A stretch of 58,955 bases of DNA, the filler included, from Sphacelaria rigidula (Eukaryota), in the NCBI GenBank assembly GCA_964200075.2. It is 9 parts of 9 records of this genome, joined end to end, with 100 filler letters (N's around TTAATTAATTAA, not from the genome) between each part and the next. Parts side by side here need not be neighbours in the genome. Positions count along the whole stretch, not along the records: positions 1 to 6,462 come from CAXNAA020019929.1; positions 6,563 to 13,024 come from CAXNAA020019930.1; 7 more parts are not named here. One strand, written 5' to 3'. Of this stretch, positions 1 to 12,240 are shown piece after piece; within the stretch, counting starts at the first letter, position 1, and the number at the start of each line of letters is the position of its first letter. The position numbers and the translations under genes are program-made. The notes below the pieces were generated by a model, which did not search any database, was not told the origin of the DNA, and saw only the letters and a program-made list of their open reading frames with translations.

Positions 1-14
1 GTAAGAAAAAATCC

Positions 15-97
15 CAGATCGCTCCGGGAATCGAACTCCACAACTCAACCATCAGAAGGTTACGAGGTTGCCAACTGAGCCACTGGGGCGACCCGGC
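15..97 (-). mobile_element. tRNA-like head of a probable SINE (or tRNA pseudogene), body truncated by contig start
   Basis: Minus strand reads GCCCCAGTGGCTCAGTTGG (A box)...TAACC-TTCTGAT-GGTTG...GTTCGATTCCC (B box); acceptor and T stems imperfect. Confidence 0.6.
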
Positions 98-1854
98 CTC
101 GAATACTCTACTCAAATACTGAGTAAGCACTCTCAGTAGTACTTGAGTATAGAGTATCACTTGGGTACGACCTCAATACTCAAATTTTGAGTATGTCGAG
201 TACGACCTCCAATACTCAAATATTGAGTAAGCACTCTCAGCATACTCGAGTATAGAGTATCCCTTGGGCATGGTGAGTATCCGTGACTGTCGGCGACTTC
301 GTGACGTCACTTCACAGACTATCTTGAATACATGAGCGAACGATGGCCATCAATTAGATGGGTGGCGGTTACACGCTATACAAGAGGTATGAGCGAATGA
401 TGGCCGTTAAAAAAAATAAAAAGCGTGCAGGTGAATGAACAGTTCAAGACTTCGACTGCCTACTACTTCGATATGATTTTTATGCTTTCCACTACCCCCG
501 CCAGTCTACTCGGTACAATCCGAACGCCCTTCGACGATACACCCAGTATTCGTTCTACCGTAGTTTTGTACCATTTGGTTTTGATCCAAATGCTTCCTCG
601 AACATACTGTATCCAAATGTTCGCCGAAGTTTGATCTTAAACCAGCACTACTCATGGGTGGGCAACTCTGGGAATACCTCGGTATTTCCTCTACACGAGT
701 TTGAGTATCTTGCGCGCGAGCTTGAGCACTGAAGTTGAAGTTATAGGTTTTCGGCACATCGGGTCCGGCCTCAGCTCTCTACCCGACTTTCGGGTAGATT
801 GGGTATGACCTCAAATACTCTACTCAAAACTTTGAGTAGGTCGAGTACGGCCTCAATTACTCTACTCAAACTTTGAGCAGGCCAAGCACGACCTCAAATA
901 CTCTACTCAAAGTATGAGTAGATCGAGTACGGCCTCAAATACTCTACTCAAATATTGAGTAGATCGAGTACAACCTCCGATGTTCTAGTACGCACCCTCA
1001 GTAATACTTGAGTATAAAGTATCACTTGGGCATGACCTCAATACTCAAATTTTGAGTGGGTCGAGTACGGTCTCAAATACTCTGCTAAAATTTTGAGTAA
1101 GCACTTTCAGTAATACTTAGGTATCAAGTATCACTTGAGTATGATCTCACTAATCTACTCAAATTTCGAGTAGATTGAGAATGATCTCAAATACTTTACT
1201 CAAAAAGTTGAGTTGATTGAGTACGACCTCAAATACTCCACGGTTCGGACGAGTAAACTCGTCATCCAACTCACATTCATCATTTCAACGAATAAATCAT
1301 ACTATTCGTGCATCATTTCTAATCCATACAGCTTCTCAGCTCGTGCGTCGTACAGTATAAGCCAAAGGTATCCGCTTCCTACCTTCCATTAATATCGGGG
1401 TAAATAATGGGCACATAGTCAACCCTGCACTGCAAATTTGAATGCATCGACTGTACATGCCACGCACTTCTTACCATCATGAGTCGGGAACGTCATGTAC
1501 AACTTGCTTGACTAAGTCGTTCGAGGTGAGCGCCCGTACATTTTTCCCGCCTTCGGGCTTATGCGGGACCAACAAGACAGGTTGGATCTTGACTTCCGAT
1601 GGGCCCTGAACCACGCGTTATTTTCTCACAGCTGTAATGCGCGCAAGATGACTGCGCTGCATATGTGTTATCCACCCTCGACTCAGCGGGACCAACAGGT
1701 TACACAGCATGACTGCTCTCACATCATGAGGAGTCGACTCGTATGAACTCTGACTCATCCTAGCCGTGAAATACTCTACTCAAATTTTGATAACTAAAAG
1801 TATGACTCTTCGAAAATACTCAGTATTGAGTATACTCTACTCGACCTGCCCTTG
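98..1854. mobile_element. Non-autonomous hAT-like element with GAGTA/TACTC ~41-bp hairpin repeat arrays (left end missing)
   Basis: Units like AATACTCTACTCAAATTTTGAGTAGGTCGAGTACGGCCTC; ends in TACTCTACTCGACCTGCCCTTG (1854), the same terminus as the MITE at 3537-3739; internal segments shared with 19687-20483. Confidence 0.8.
1239..1768. mobile_element. hAT-type MITE (CACGGTT-family) nested in the GAGTA element
   Basis: TIRs CACGGTTCGGACGAGT / ACTCATCCTAGCCGTG; 8-bp TSD AAATACTC at 1231-1238 and 1769-1776. Confidence 0.9.
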
Positions 1855-1909
1855 CAGGCTTACACCGCGCTGCAGGCAATCAATTCATCTATCTAGCGGG
1901 AAAATTATA

Positions 1910-2379
1910 CACGGTTAGGACGAATAAAGGCGTGATTCAACTCATAGAATCATCCCAACCAATAAATCATACGATTCGTACATCATTTGTAAAATTATAC
2001 AGGTTTTGAGCTCGTGAGTCGTGCAGTACATGTCAAAGATACCTGTGTTCCTCTGCACTGCAATTTGAATGAATCGACTGTACATGCCACGCACTTCTCA
2101 CCACCATGAGGCGGGAACGTCATGTACAATTTGCTTGACCGAGTGGTTCGAGGTGAGCGCCCGCACATGTTTCCCACCAACAATTTATACAGGTTGAATC
2201 CTCTCAGTCATGGGCCCTAAATCACGCGTACTTTTCTCCCATCTGTAATGCGCGCAAGATGTCTGCACCACGTATGTGTTATCCACCCTCCACTCAGCGG
2301 GACCAGCAATTCACGCGGGTAGAACCCGGTCATTTCATGGAGAATCAACTCGTATGAACTCTGATTCGTCCTAACCGTG
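1910..2379. mobile_element. hAT-type MITE (CACGGTT-family), second copy
   Basis: TIRs CACGGTTAGGACGAAT / ATTCGTCCTAACCGTG; 8-bp TSD AAATTATA at 1902-1909 and 2380-2387; interior similar to 1239-1768. Confidence 0.92.
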
Positions 2380-2674
2380 AAATTATATCCCCCCATGTGA
2401 GGGGTAATAAAAATCCACCCACAACTTTAATCATGACCGATCTTGCGTCGTCTTTTTTTCAATTCGGGAGCACATTTTTTTTCAATCTGAGACGGTTACC
2501 GGTGTTTGCAAACAAAGTAGAGCTTGCACGTGTACTGTGTTTGCAAAGTACAGCCTGTACCTGTAACCTCGTTCTGTTAGAAAGATGCACGGCCTGTACT
2601 TGTACCGTTGTATAGCAATTACTTTGTCTTCTGGGATTTCAAAGTTCATTGCAAACTTGAAGTGTGCACCGCTC

Positions 2675-2938
2675 TATGTAACGTGTTAATGTCGTTTCAC
2701 GTAACGTGTAACGTCTAATGCACGTGTAACGTGTAATAGACGTTACACGTTCCATGAAACGTTTCATATTTCGTGTTGTGAACGTTTGGGCAATTAAACG
2801 TTCGAAATACGTTCCGTTTGGAACGTTGAAAAGAACTAATGTTACGTTAACGTTTCATTTGAAGATTTAGCGCTCACGTTACGTTTCGGCCAAAACGTAA
2901 CGTGTAACGTTGTGGCATGTGTGACGTGTATACCCCTG
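2675..2938. repeat. AACGT/ACGTT-rich low-complexity repeat, probably a MITE remnant
   Basis: Dense TAACGT/ACGTTA motifs in both orientations, ending ...TATACCCCTG (CAGGGG on minus). Confidence 0.5.
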
Positions 2939-2939
2939 A

Positions 2940-3325
2940 ATTTTTCCATGCGTTAGTTCCCTCATCTTCTCTTCTGACACATTCCGGTCCTCCTTCTTTA
3001 GTTTACATTTTCCCATTATATGAGTTCTACTCTTCATTGCTTTGCCACAGAGGCAGTTGGTGTGCATCTACTTCCTCCTCCACTCGACTACTGGAACATA
3101 TCTTTTCTTTTTCTCGCAAGTCCAGGCCCCCCACCCGAAATCGCAGCTTCAACTTTCTCGCGTAGTCCATCGGACCGTGCAAATATGTTTTCATCCCCAC
3201 CACTTCTCTCAACCTCCTTATATCATCAAGTTTCTTCTTCGTCCACGTTCCGTCTTAGCGCTGGTTTTCCCCTTTTCCCTATCCTTTCGTTTGCCCTTGT
3301 CTTGTACCGTCCACATTCACTCGTG
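2940..3325 (-). mobile_element. LINE 3' fragment (same family as 46180-48715)
   Basis: Translates to GMKTYLHGPMDYARKLKLRFRVGGLDL...SSRVEEEVDAH, matching 25560-25760 and 48180-48400. Confidence 0.85.
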
Positions 3326-3536
3326 AATATACGGGGGTATGTGGGAAGAAACAAACACAGATCTTCCGGAACTGTCGGGTACGGTTCTTGGTTTCCCCCT
3401 ATACACTTTGGTGTAATACTTTCTCGACTACGCTATCCCACCTTATTCCAGGGGTGGTCACTTCTTCGTTTAGCATGATTTTTACTTGAGAGTGGCTAGA
3501 AGACTCAGATGACCTACCCTGAGGGTTGAAGTGTTA

Positions 3537-3739
3537 CAAGGGCAGGTCGAGTAGAGTATACTCAATCGCGGGGTATTTTGAAATACGAACTTGAGGTACT
3601 CAAATTAGGGTAGAGTTTGAGGAGTCGTACCCCAAAAAAAACTGGGAAGCGATCCCTAAAACCCTACCCCCAATTTGTGTACTTTAAGTGCGACTTTAAA
3701 ATACCTCGCAATTGAGTGTACTCTACTCGACCTACCCTG
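3537..3739. mobile_element. Complete 203-bp hAT-type MITE
   Basis: ~45-bp TIRs CAAGGGCAGGTCGAGTAGAGTATACTCAAT / ATTGAGTGTACTCTACTCGACCTACCCTG; 8-bp TSD AAGTGTTA at 3529-3536 and 3740-3747. Confidence 0.92.
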
Positions 3740-6371
3740 AAGTGTTACCAGGCAATACACTTCAAGTCAACCCTACTCAGCAGGCTCGTCTACTGTACAG
3801 CATGACGACCGTGATTTATTGAGTACTACCTCTGCTGTCGGGACGATGTCTCCTGAGACGACCTGAGGCTTGCCCTTAAAGAACGCGCATCATTTACCGC
3901 CACGGAAAGCATGCTGACTGACACCTGAGATATCTGTTGGTGCACTGATGGTTCACCTCAGCAACCATTGCTAGATAAATCGAGGGTTGTTGTACAGAAA
4001 CACCTTTTTTGACATCGGTGCTGCGTTGTGTTTCAAGGCCATGCGTTTTTACCACAGCCTTCTCCACGACATTCAATACCATCATGCCGGGGGAAAACAC
4101 CCTCTGCGGTAAAACATTCCCCCTACTTCCCGTGATGAAGCATCCATCTGGCTATCATCAAATCACCCTCTCTTCCCATTTTTTCTTATTGAGCAGCAGC
4201 AACGGCAGCGATTACTTGGGAGCACAGCCCAATCGATGCGCAAAGATTGAAGTATTGCCTATTGCGGCCGTTTGGTGGGCCCTGCGGGTGCCACTATAAT
4301 TAGACGCAAGCTACCGCACGAGTTCGTGAATGGATTCTCATCTGCCCAGCTACTCAAATAGTAAGCAATACACCAACGCTCTGGTGTACTGAGAAACCAC
4401 CCCCTGGACGTGATACGACAATCGACGTACAAACGCTATGCTAGGCATTGTAAAACCGTTGGAACCAACCTTGTGTCACAAGATCACCCATTGTAGAACT
4501 GCCTGATTTATGCTGTCGGCCTCCGATTGTTCTGCTTTCGCTGGGCGTTTCACGATGCGGTCTGGAAGTTGTCTTCACCAACCCAACGGCGACAAATGCG
4601 ATATAGTTCCGAGTACCTCAACTCTAGGTATCAGGGTGTAGGAAACCACTCGGGAAAAGTGAGGGTATGTATGTGGTAGTGTCCCCCTAGGCCGAAGCCA
4701 TGCAAGGGATTCGGTCAACTACACCCCGAAGCGCCACAATCCTGTACCTATCTACAACAGAGGCCGTGTCTCAAAATGATGAAAAAAAACACTACGCGCA
4801 AAACTGCTCCTACCCAGATCTAGAATTTTGAGCCTTACTTAGAACATGCGCCTGCACGCTTTTCCCCAGATAGATAATCCTTTGCACCTGACGCGCACAC
4901 ACTAGTGCTATGGTGGAAGGCTACATGGGTGTCTTGTCCCAAAATGAAACTGCCTCACAACCCCAAAGCACAACAAACGCCAACGCTTCACTCGCATACT
5001 GTATTGTGTAACCGTGTTCGCCTCAACTAGATGTCATGACCCAGCGCGAAACAATACGGAAGGAGGCGGGGGATGACCCATTGGACCACATAACCGACAG
5101 AACAGACAGTACCGTATGATGCACTATCACTGGTGTTCTGGTGTGTGTGTTACTGCCCAGTGCACGGCAATGCGCCGTGCTGTACTGTCCACACGTTCAT
5201 CTGTACACACGCACGCACGTTTATAAATCGTACGAGCGCTTGCTGTGGGCATTAGCCGTACTATTTCACCGCATGCCTTTCGCTTCGATGAGCTACCGTC
5301 GGTTGTAGGGTTGCGCGTACACGACTACCTTCAGGTTTCGGCATGCATGACGTCGGTATTGGCACTTGTCGCGCCAGGTTCTAGTTCTTCGTGAATTGGC
5401 TGTTTGTCGCGGTTAAACTCGGTGAGCGAACCCCCGCACGCAAGAGTTGCACTTCGTTAGGAAATCGGAACATACGCGCTACTTTTGGGCGACTGTACCA
5501 TGTGGGAAGAGCTCGAAAGTGGACGATGATCGTTGTCTTGCCACTGTTGAGAGACCGGATGTATGGCGTTTCACTTCCTTGGAGTCCGCCAAAGACAGGT
5601 ACACTTTCCTCCAGGTTCAGGTACAGTACGTGGGACGTTCAGGTATAACTTTCAAATAAAAGACGATATACGCAGGTACACCTATGGTATTTCTGGCCGA
5701 GACCAGGTACGCGGCGGTCTCGGCCAATCACATGGTCGTTAATTCCACGCATTTGGACTGCAGTACAACCTGTACTTTGTTCTGATCAAATAACGTCGAG
5801 GTATATCTAGATCTGTGGTTTGGTCCTCAAACAAATGACGTTTAGATCCCCAGTGTTACGGTTGAGTCTGACACCGGTAGCGCAAATGCTGCGGAAGTGT
5901 ACGAATGTGAAATATCGGCCCATGACGACCGACAGCTGAACAACCCTAACCATAGCCATTGCCAAGGATCTCAAAAACTGAACAATAGAGTTGCACTACC
6001 CCCCGGATCGTGAATAGATGTCCCTCACGATGGCTCTCACTGAACCGCGTATGATGTGCTCGTTTCGGCTTCGATCTTCCATGTGATGAGGTTGCAATGA
6101 CTGTTTCGCAAAATCGCGTCGTACAAGCGGTGCCGAAAATGCGCACTTTGAGGCGAGGAGAGTGCACTCTGTTCGCAAACATCGCTGATGCTCGCCCACC
6201 ACGGAACCAAACGCACTTGATCAAAGCACCGAGTCTTTCCAATGAAGTCAGGCTATCTGTGTGTGTGCGCGCGTCCCATGGTAGGCGTCCGTACGAATGT
6301 TGCCATGCCCCGAAATATTTGCAACACGTTTTCGCAATCGTCCCACACACACTGACGAGCGTGCAAGCTAC

Positions 6372-6462
6372 TTAACCCTTTTGGGACTGAAGCCCACTAA
6401 CACCACGTTCACAACGTGTTAGTGAAATAATAATAAACAAGTCTGGCAGCGACCTGTCCAAT
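6372..6462 (+). mobile_element. Left end of piggyBac-like non-autonomous element (second copy 39206-39272)
   Basis: TTAA followed by CCCTTTTGGGACTGAAGC...AATAATAATAAAC, near-identical at two contig ends. Confidence 0.6.
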
Positions 6463-6562
6463 NNNNNNNNNNNNNNNNNNNNNNNNNNNNNNNNNNNNNN
6501 NNNNNNTTAATTAATTAANNNNNNNNNNNNNNNNNNNNNNNNNNNNNNNNNNNNNNNNNNNN
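6463..6562. other. Artificial contig linker (N44-TTAATTAATTAA-N44); identical linkers at 13025-13124, 19587-19686, 26149-26248, 32711-32810, 39273-39372, 45834-45933, 52395-52494
   Basis: Identical 100-nt spacer with stops in all six frames, separating segments of 6462 or 6461 bp (length-sorted contigs). Confidence 0.99.
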
Positions 6563-8876
6563 CGAATGCGGGGGAGCAGCCGCCGGATGCACTGCCACGT
6601 GAAATATACCAATGCATGGAGCTTGGGGAAGACGTACAGCAAGAAGACCAACACAAATGCCATCCATAACACCTGGAAGATGATCTGATATTGTGCCTGC
6701 TGGGTCCAGGGACAAGAATACGGGCGGACGGAGAGCAGAGGGAGTCGCGGTCATTTGCTGTCACAACCACAGTAGCTCCTGGCGACGAACATAGGCCCCT
6801 TCAACGGGATGAAAGAAGGGAAGGGACGGTTGTTACCGCTATGCAGCAGCAGAGCGGGAGAATTGAAGTTGAGAATCAGAACACCAAAGTTGGTTTTGAT
6901 CGATGTGGACAACTTTCGAGGCGAGTCAAGGAATGCTGACACGTTTCGACGACGAAAGATGGTGGTGGCATGGGATGGATATACCCACCCCAAGAACACG
7001 GCTAAATGGAATGTGCTGAGTCTCACCCTGTCTGCCTCATAATCGTTACACTTTAATATGTATATATCCCGGTACAATCAGCACCACGAACGGCGTCAAA
7101 CACAAGAAACACTTTCCCCCATCGCAATAGACTTCTCCCCTTGGAACACGCCCCCTTGAAACGCATTCGCGCCGTTCCACCAGCGACTTGCAAGCTGAAA
7201 ACAAGCGCTACACTGCACTTCGTTTCAGGACACCACGAATACAACATCACACGCCTTCAACGTACGCAGCGATATGATCAGTGCCGCAGAAGCCCACCCA
7301 CCTCCATCACGCCGACGAGCTCGTCATATCTGGCCTCCATATCAGCATACACGTCGCGGAGGCCGTCGTTGGTTTCCTCAAGGCCAGTGATGTGGCCGCC
7401 GAGTGACTGAATGTTGTCCTTTGCAGTGGACAACTCGCCGAGGAGGTCGCGGTATCTGGCCTCCAACTCCACGTACTCCTCGCGGAGGCCATCATTCTTT
7501 TGCTCGAGGGTTGTGACGTGGCCTTCCAGCGACACGATGCCCTCCTCTGCAACGGACAATGCCGTCGTGGTGGTTTTAAGGGTAGTCACCAACTGATCCT
7601 TCAATTCGCATTTAGTCGCCACCATGCTGACCCTTTCCCAGGCCTGCTGAGCCGACTGGTGGCATCGTTCCAGCTCGAACTTCGGCTCCTGGAACATCTT
7701 CTCCGCGGCCAACTGGAGCGTGTTCAGCCAAGCAAAGGAAGCAGCGCACGTACAAATCATGGCGGAATCAAACATCATCGCGGAACTTGTCATGCGAAAC
7801 CAAACCAAACCAAACCAAACCAAAAGAAACGACACAGAACTACGCGGCCGTAAACCCACTGGCGAGTGTGTCTCGCTTTGGGTTTTGTTATCGAAATCTT
7901 CCAGCAGACTGTCGTTCGTGGCGCTTCTCGTGTTGCCGTACACGTAGGTGCCGTGATCTGTTTCGTTCCTCCGTGCCCGTTCTGGGAGTGATACCACACA
8001 CAACAACGAATGATCGGGCGTGGAGGGTGGGTGGGGTTGAGGGTGAGTGCATGTCCTCCCCACGCATACAACTCACCCGTGCAGTCTCCCGCAGGTCTAA
8101 GGCGATGAGCGGGTGTACACATTCCATGTCGACCTCAGCCGGTGCCGTGCCCCCGCTGTTGGCGGCCAACAGCCCTGCCTTGCCGCTCACCCGGTCTTCC
8201 CCCGTGACACTGGTCTTCTTGTCCTCCTTCCCGTCACCTCCGGCATCCGATCGGTTGGTGTCGGTAGAGCAGGAGGACCAGAAGAGCAACCTCCTCAAGT
8301 ACCCCTCGCCCTTGCACCCTCTGTAGAGGACGACAGGGAGAGCCCGCCGGGAACGAAAAAGAAGCAAGCGAGAGCAAACAAAGGTAGGGCTAGTGTCTGA
8401 GTCGGTGCGCAAGGCATCACACGAGCATGCAGCACGGCAGCGTAAGCCAGCACACTCTCGACAAATACAACAACCCCTCGCTGTACCAGCAGCGACCACC
8501 GGACAATACCTCCCAGGAAACCGACTGCAAGTTCTTCGATGCATATACGCAGACCTTATGTTGCCAATGTTGTCCCATCATCGTACGTCACGCGTGATGA
8601 GCAAAATGAACAGTGCGGCTGCTGTTTCGTCGCTGCTAGGCCGTTTGAAATCACGGGGCGCAATCAAAGCACACGAAGGTATACACTTGTGCCATCGAAT
8701 GTGCGGTGCACACCGCTACAGCCACGCACTATCTGCCGACAGAATGGCAGACTCGAGCGACCCACTTACCCTTCTTCCACCCGCGGCGCGCTGACGCCAA
8801 TCCCGGCCTCTACGCGGACTCTCGCACCGCACGCGGAAGCCAACACGCCGACCAAAAACACATTAGTTGTCTTCAT
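6563..8876 (-). CDS. Putative single-pass membrane protein: signal peptide + low-complexity linker + coiled coil with internal duplication + TM helix; exons 8876-8770, 8320-8077, 7712-7302, 6672-<6563 (3' truncated)
   Basis: ATG exon MKTTNVFLVGVLASACGA...EEG|GTAAGT; all CAG acceptors and GT donors (GTAAGT, GTGAGT, GTGGGT) are phase-compatible (2,0,0); exon 3 is heptad-rich; exon 4 gives VLWMAFVLVFLLYVFPKLHALVYFTW. Confidence 0.7.
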
Positions 8877-9381
8877 TGCGCCCGCCTCGAGACAGATGTG
8901 CCCTATATGGAAACATTCCAACGCCCGACAGCCGGGGGGGAAGGAGGAAAGAGAACACATGTCGACGGCGTTGGTGAATAAGAGGCAGTATGGTACGGGA
9001 TGGTGCGGTACGGTGCGGGGCAGCTAAGATCGCGCAGTGAGTGCCGCCTTGTTGAATGTACCGCATGATAGAGACAAAACCATTATTCAGGCAAGAACTC
9101 ATGATATCAGAACTACCCGTGAGACTGCAAGGATTCGACCACCCCGTTTTGCAGAGTGCACGGCTCGTTCGTTCAACGTCGATTGTGGAAACGAGTACCG
9201 CCATGCAGCGCGTGCCTCATCAGATTTGTAGGACAGCGATCCAGTAGCATGGTTTCTTCCATCCGATTTGGGCCCAGCGAGATCCCGCGTAGCGCAAGAG
9301 AGCTGTTAATGAAAAACAACGGTAAACAGCACCTCTTGTTCTTGAAGTCGTCCACGCGTTCATCACGTCTTTTACTGTGCC

Positions 9382-9552
9382 CTACGAGCTGCGCTGGCCT
9401 AGACGCGGACTGAAGCTCTCAAAGCAACATCTCATCGACACAGACGAGTTGTGCCGTGATCCGCATGTTGTATCCATCGTCTAGTTGAGGGGAAGGAGCC
9501 CATCTGCTCAAAAGTCTGGGCCATATTTTCCCCGTTGATTAAACCCCATGTC
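9382..9552 (+). repeat. Dispersed repeat starting with the TACGAGCTG(G/C)GC terminus; copies at 20497-20665 (-) and 39117-39205 (+)
   Basis: Shared AAAGCAA(C/T)ATCTCATCGACACAGA...GATCCGCAT in all three; CCCATCTGCTCAAAAGTCTGGG also in the 20497 copy. Confidence 0.75.
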
Positions 9553-10851
9553 CACTGATTCCTATACAGATCCATAAAATATGCAATATATGCAGGCTAC
9601 ATTTGTGGCTCATTTTCAAGCCCTGCAGACAGGTGCACTTTTGGTGTATTTCTTCACTTGCGTTTAGATTACGTCTTTTTCGGGGCCATGTCGTTCTCTG
9701 ACGCTCTGAGAAGCCAGCATTTCTTTCGTACTTGATTCTAGAGTACATATTTCTCGGTTGCATTTCGCTGAGCCGGTTCTGCTTTTCGCGTTCGGAGCGT
9801 TTGGAGTGCAAACACTCTATACACTTTCCGCGCGTTGTGGCGAGGGGGTGGGGCTTCCGTTCCGTTTGACCGTACGAGATGCCACCTGTCGAGCGACGCC
9901 ACGCAGGACGCTTTTGAGCATGAGCCGCGAACTTTCCGAGGCCACTTTTGATGATGAGCCACGAGCATCTTTTCCCAAGATGCCACCCATCATGAGCCGC
10001 CCACATATTTGTCGGGCCGTTTCTCAACTTGAAAATCATTCTCTTCGGTTCCAGTTCGCTGGGCATTTGGGTGCGTTTGGAGCGTGGGCCGGTTGTGCTT
10101 TTCGTGTTTGGAGCCTTGCGTGTATTGTGTGCTCCTTAGCGGTCATGTTGCATACTGTATGCTTTTTTCGTGTCTGTTTCTGGACCCTTTTTCGTACGAT
10201 GGGCAATGTCTGTGATTTGGGATCCGTGGTTGAGCGTGTGTTGGGGGAGATCGGTCCCTACTGTTCGTCGATTGTATGCATTACATGTTCCGTTTCTCAC
10301 ATATATCCATTACGTTGCGGGTATTGCCTGCTTATTGTGATGTGGGATTGGAAATGTCGATAGTCGCTGCGGTTACGGGCGTTTTTGCGAGGCAATCGTG
10401 CTGGACTCATGGTTGCGAACACTGGCGAGTGTCCGTCACAAGTCTTTGTGTCCTCGGGTGATTGGCAGGCACAATCATATTTTGACCAATGGTATGATTA
10501 TCCCCGGGTGTGTGTTTGTCGACGGTTGTCGATGTTTCCTATTCGTTGCTGTGGGTGGAAAACGTGAATGCGTGTCTCCGTGTGTGTTCTTCGCCGGTGG
10601 AGGTTGTCATTTACCCGTTTCTGTAGGTACGATTATCAAACATGAATAAACCTCTTCTTCATATCCTGCTCCCGGGACATGTGTCACCATACGCACACGG
10701 CGGAAAATACTCCACTTACAACTATGACTTGTGCCGTTACGCAATGCGAGCAACGAGGACCGATTCTCATATACCTTGGCTGTTGATCTCATTCACCGTG
10801 GCAGCGTTAGGCGTCGAACCCCTTCAATGTATGTAAATATATGTATATATA

Positions 10852-11154
10852 TTGTTTGTCGCACTTTGAACCCCTCCCCTCCCTCGGGATGAGTCCGTGG
10901 TCTCAAGGGATCAACCCATCTCTACCCCGGTACACGCCTTGCTTTTGGTCTCGTGGATTGGGTCATCACTCCCGCACCGCGCCAACTCACGTCAAACAGA
11001 CGCAGTCGACTATTTTGTTTACTCATGTTCTCACGCTTCCCACGGTTGAAATCAGACATTACGAAGAAAAGGCACGACGCATCGGGAATCAAACTCTCCT
11101 CCTCTCCATCCTAATGGTGACAGTCGGACCATTACACCACCGGGACACGGCGGC
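10852..11154 (-). mobile_element. tRNA-derived SINE
   Basis: Head with TGGTGTAATGG A box and GTTTGATTCC B box, core TTTGACG...GCGGTGCGGGAGTG, tail GATCCCTTGAGACCACGGACTCATCCCGAGG...AAAGTGCGACAAACAAT; homologous to 21278-21600 and 55155-55472. Confidence 0.8.
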
Positions 11155-11756
11155 TTTAGCTATTCATACAACGTCTATATGAAACCCCAACGATGTATAC
11201 AGTAGATGATGACGATTTTCGGTGTGAACACTCCCTGGAGCTCGAGGAAACGATTGATACCCTCATGTTTGCCCAAGTCGTTCTCTCTCTCGAGATATGG
11301 CGCACATAAGTTCTCACACTAGAATCAATATCTAACGAGCAAAGGCACTACATGCACTAAATCTGGTTATCTCGTCTCAGTTTTTGAGAGTTGTGCTTTG
11401 AAATTTCGTGTGGAGAATCGCTAGTGCATAGTAATTTCTGGTAAAACAGCTTATTTTCATTTTGTTATATTTGATTTATTTTATTTTCGCTCCCCAAGGG
11501 TAGGTGCGGAGGGGGAGGGGTGGGAATGAACCATGTTCCCGGACCTTATCGCAGTTTTTCAGCTCAATTTTCAGAATTGCGATTTGAACTGGAGAATCGC
11601 AAGAGCATGGTAAAGAAAACAAAATGGCCTTTCAATTTATTTTTGGAGAGGTATGGGCGCTCTCGTGAAAATGTCGCATTTCCTATACTTCAAAGTATCA
11701 AGAACACATCTTGAACAAGTGCAGAAGATAATACGTCACACGTCCCACTTTTTCTG

Positions 11757-12240
11757 TTTAGGCAGCTCCGTATAGCAAACAAAAATACAGTCCTGTAAAA
11801 ATGCTGCTTCGGTCCTTCTGCGTCATTTTACGCCTTGAAAGAGAGCTGGGTGGAGTTTGACACCTTGGAATGACTTGCTCTACTCGATGACACGGTTCTC
11901 CGACATCTTCGCGTTGTCCGGTGGCCGCAGTACTTCTTTCGGCCAATCTTGATTTTTGATCGAAGAAGTGTCAAGAACGGTCAAATCTAGAAAAAGCTGC
12001 CGCTTTGTTTGGACTTGACCGTATCTGGTATCTGGTACAAACATGCTTGATTGGCCAAAACAAAATTGCGGCAATCGGAAAACGCGAACATGTGCCGGAA
12101 CCGCGTGAACGAGTACACAGCAAGTCATTCCAAGGTGTCAAACTTCGCCTAACTCCCTCGTAGCGTGTAAGACGACGAAGAAGGACCGATAAAGCGTTTT
12201 TGCAGGGCTCCTTATCGCTTACTAGAAGAGGCGACCTGAT
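11757..12240. mobile_element. Foldback (long-TIR) element
   Basis: ~200-bp imperfect inverted arms (GAGTTTGACACCTTGGAATGACTTGCT / AGCAAGTCATTCCAAGGTGTCAAACT). Confidence 0.8.

Noticed and set aside
7278..8063. 261-aa single-exon ORF as listed in the track
   Set aside because: The N-terminal part runs through intron-like sequence including (TTTGG)n; the spliced model fits better
9539..10363. 175-aa and 201-aa overlapping ORFs
   Set aside because: No motifs, codon bias or convincing splice sites
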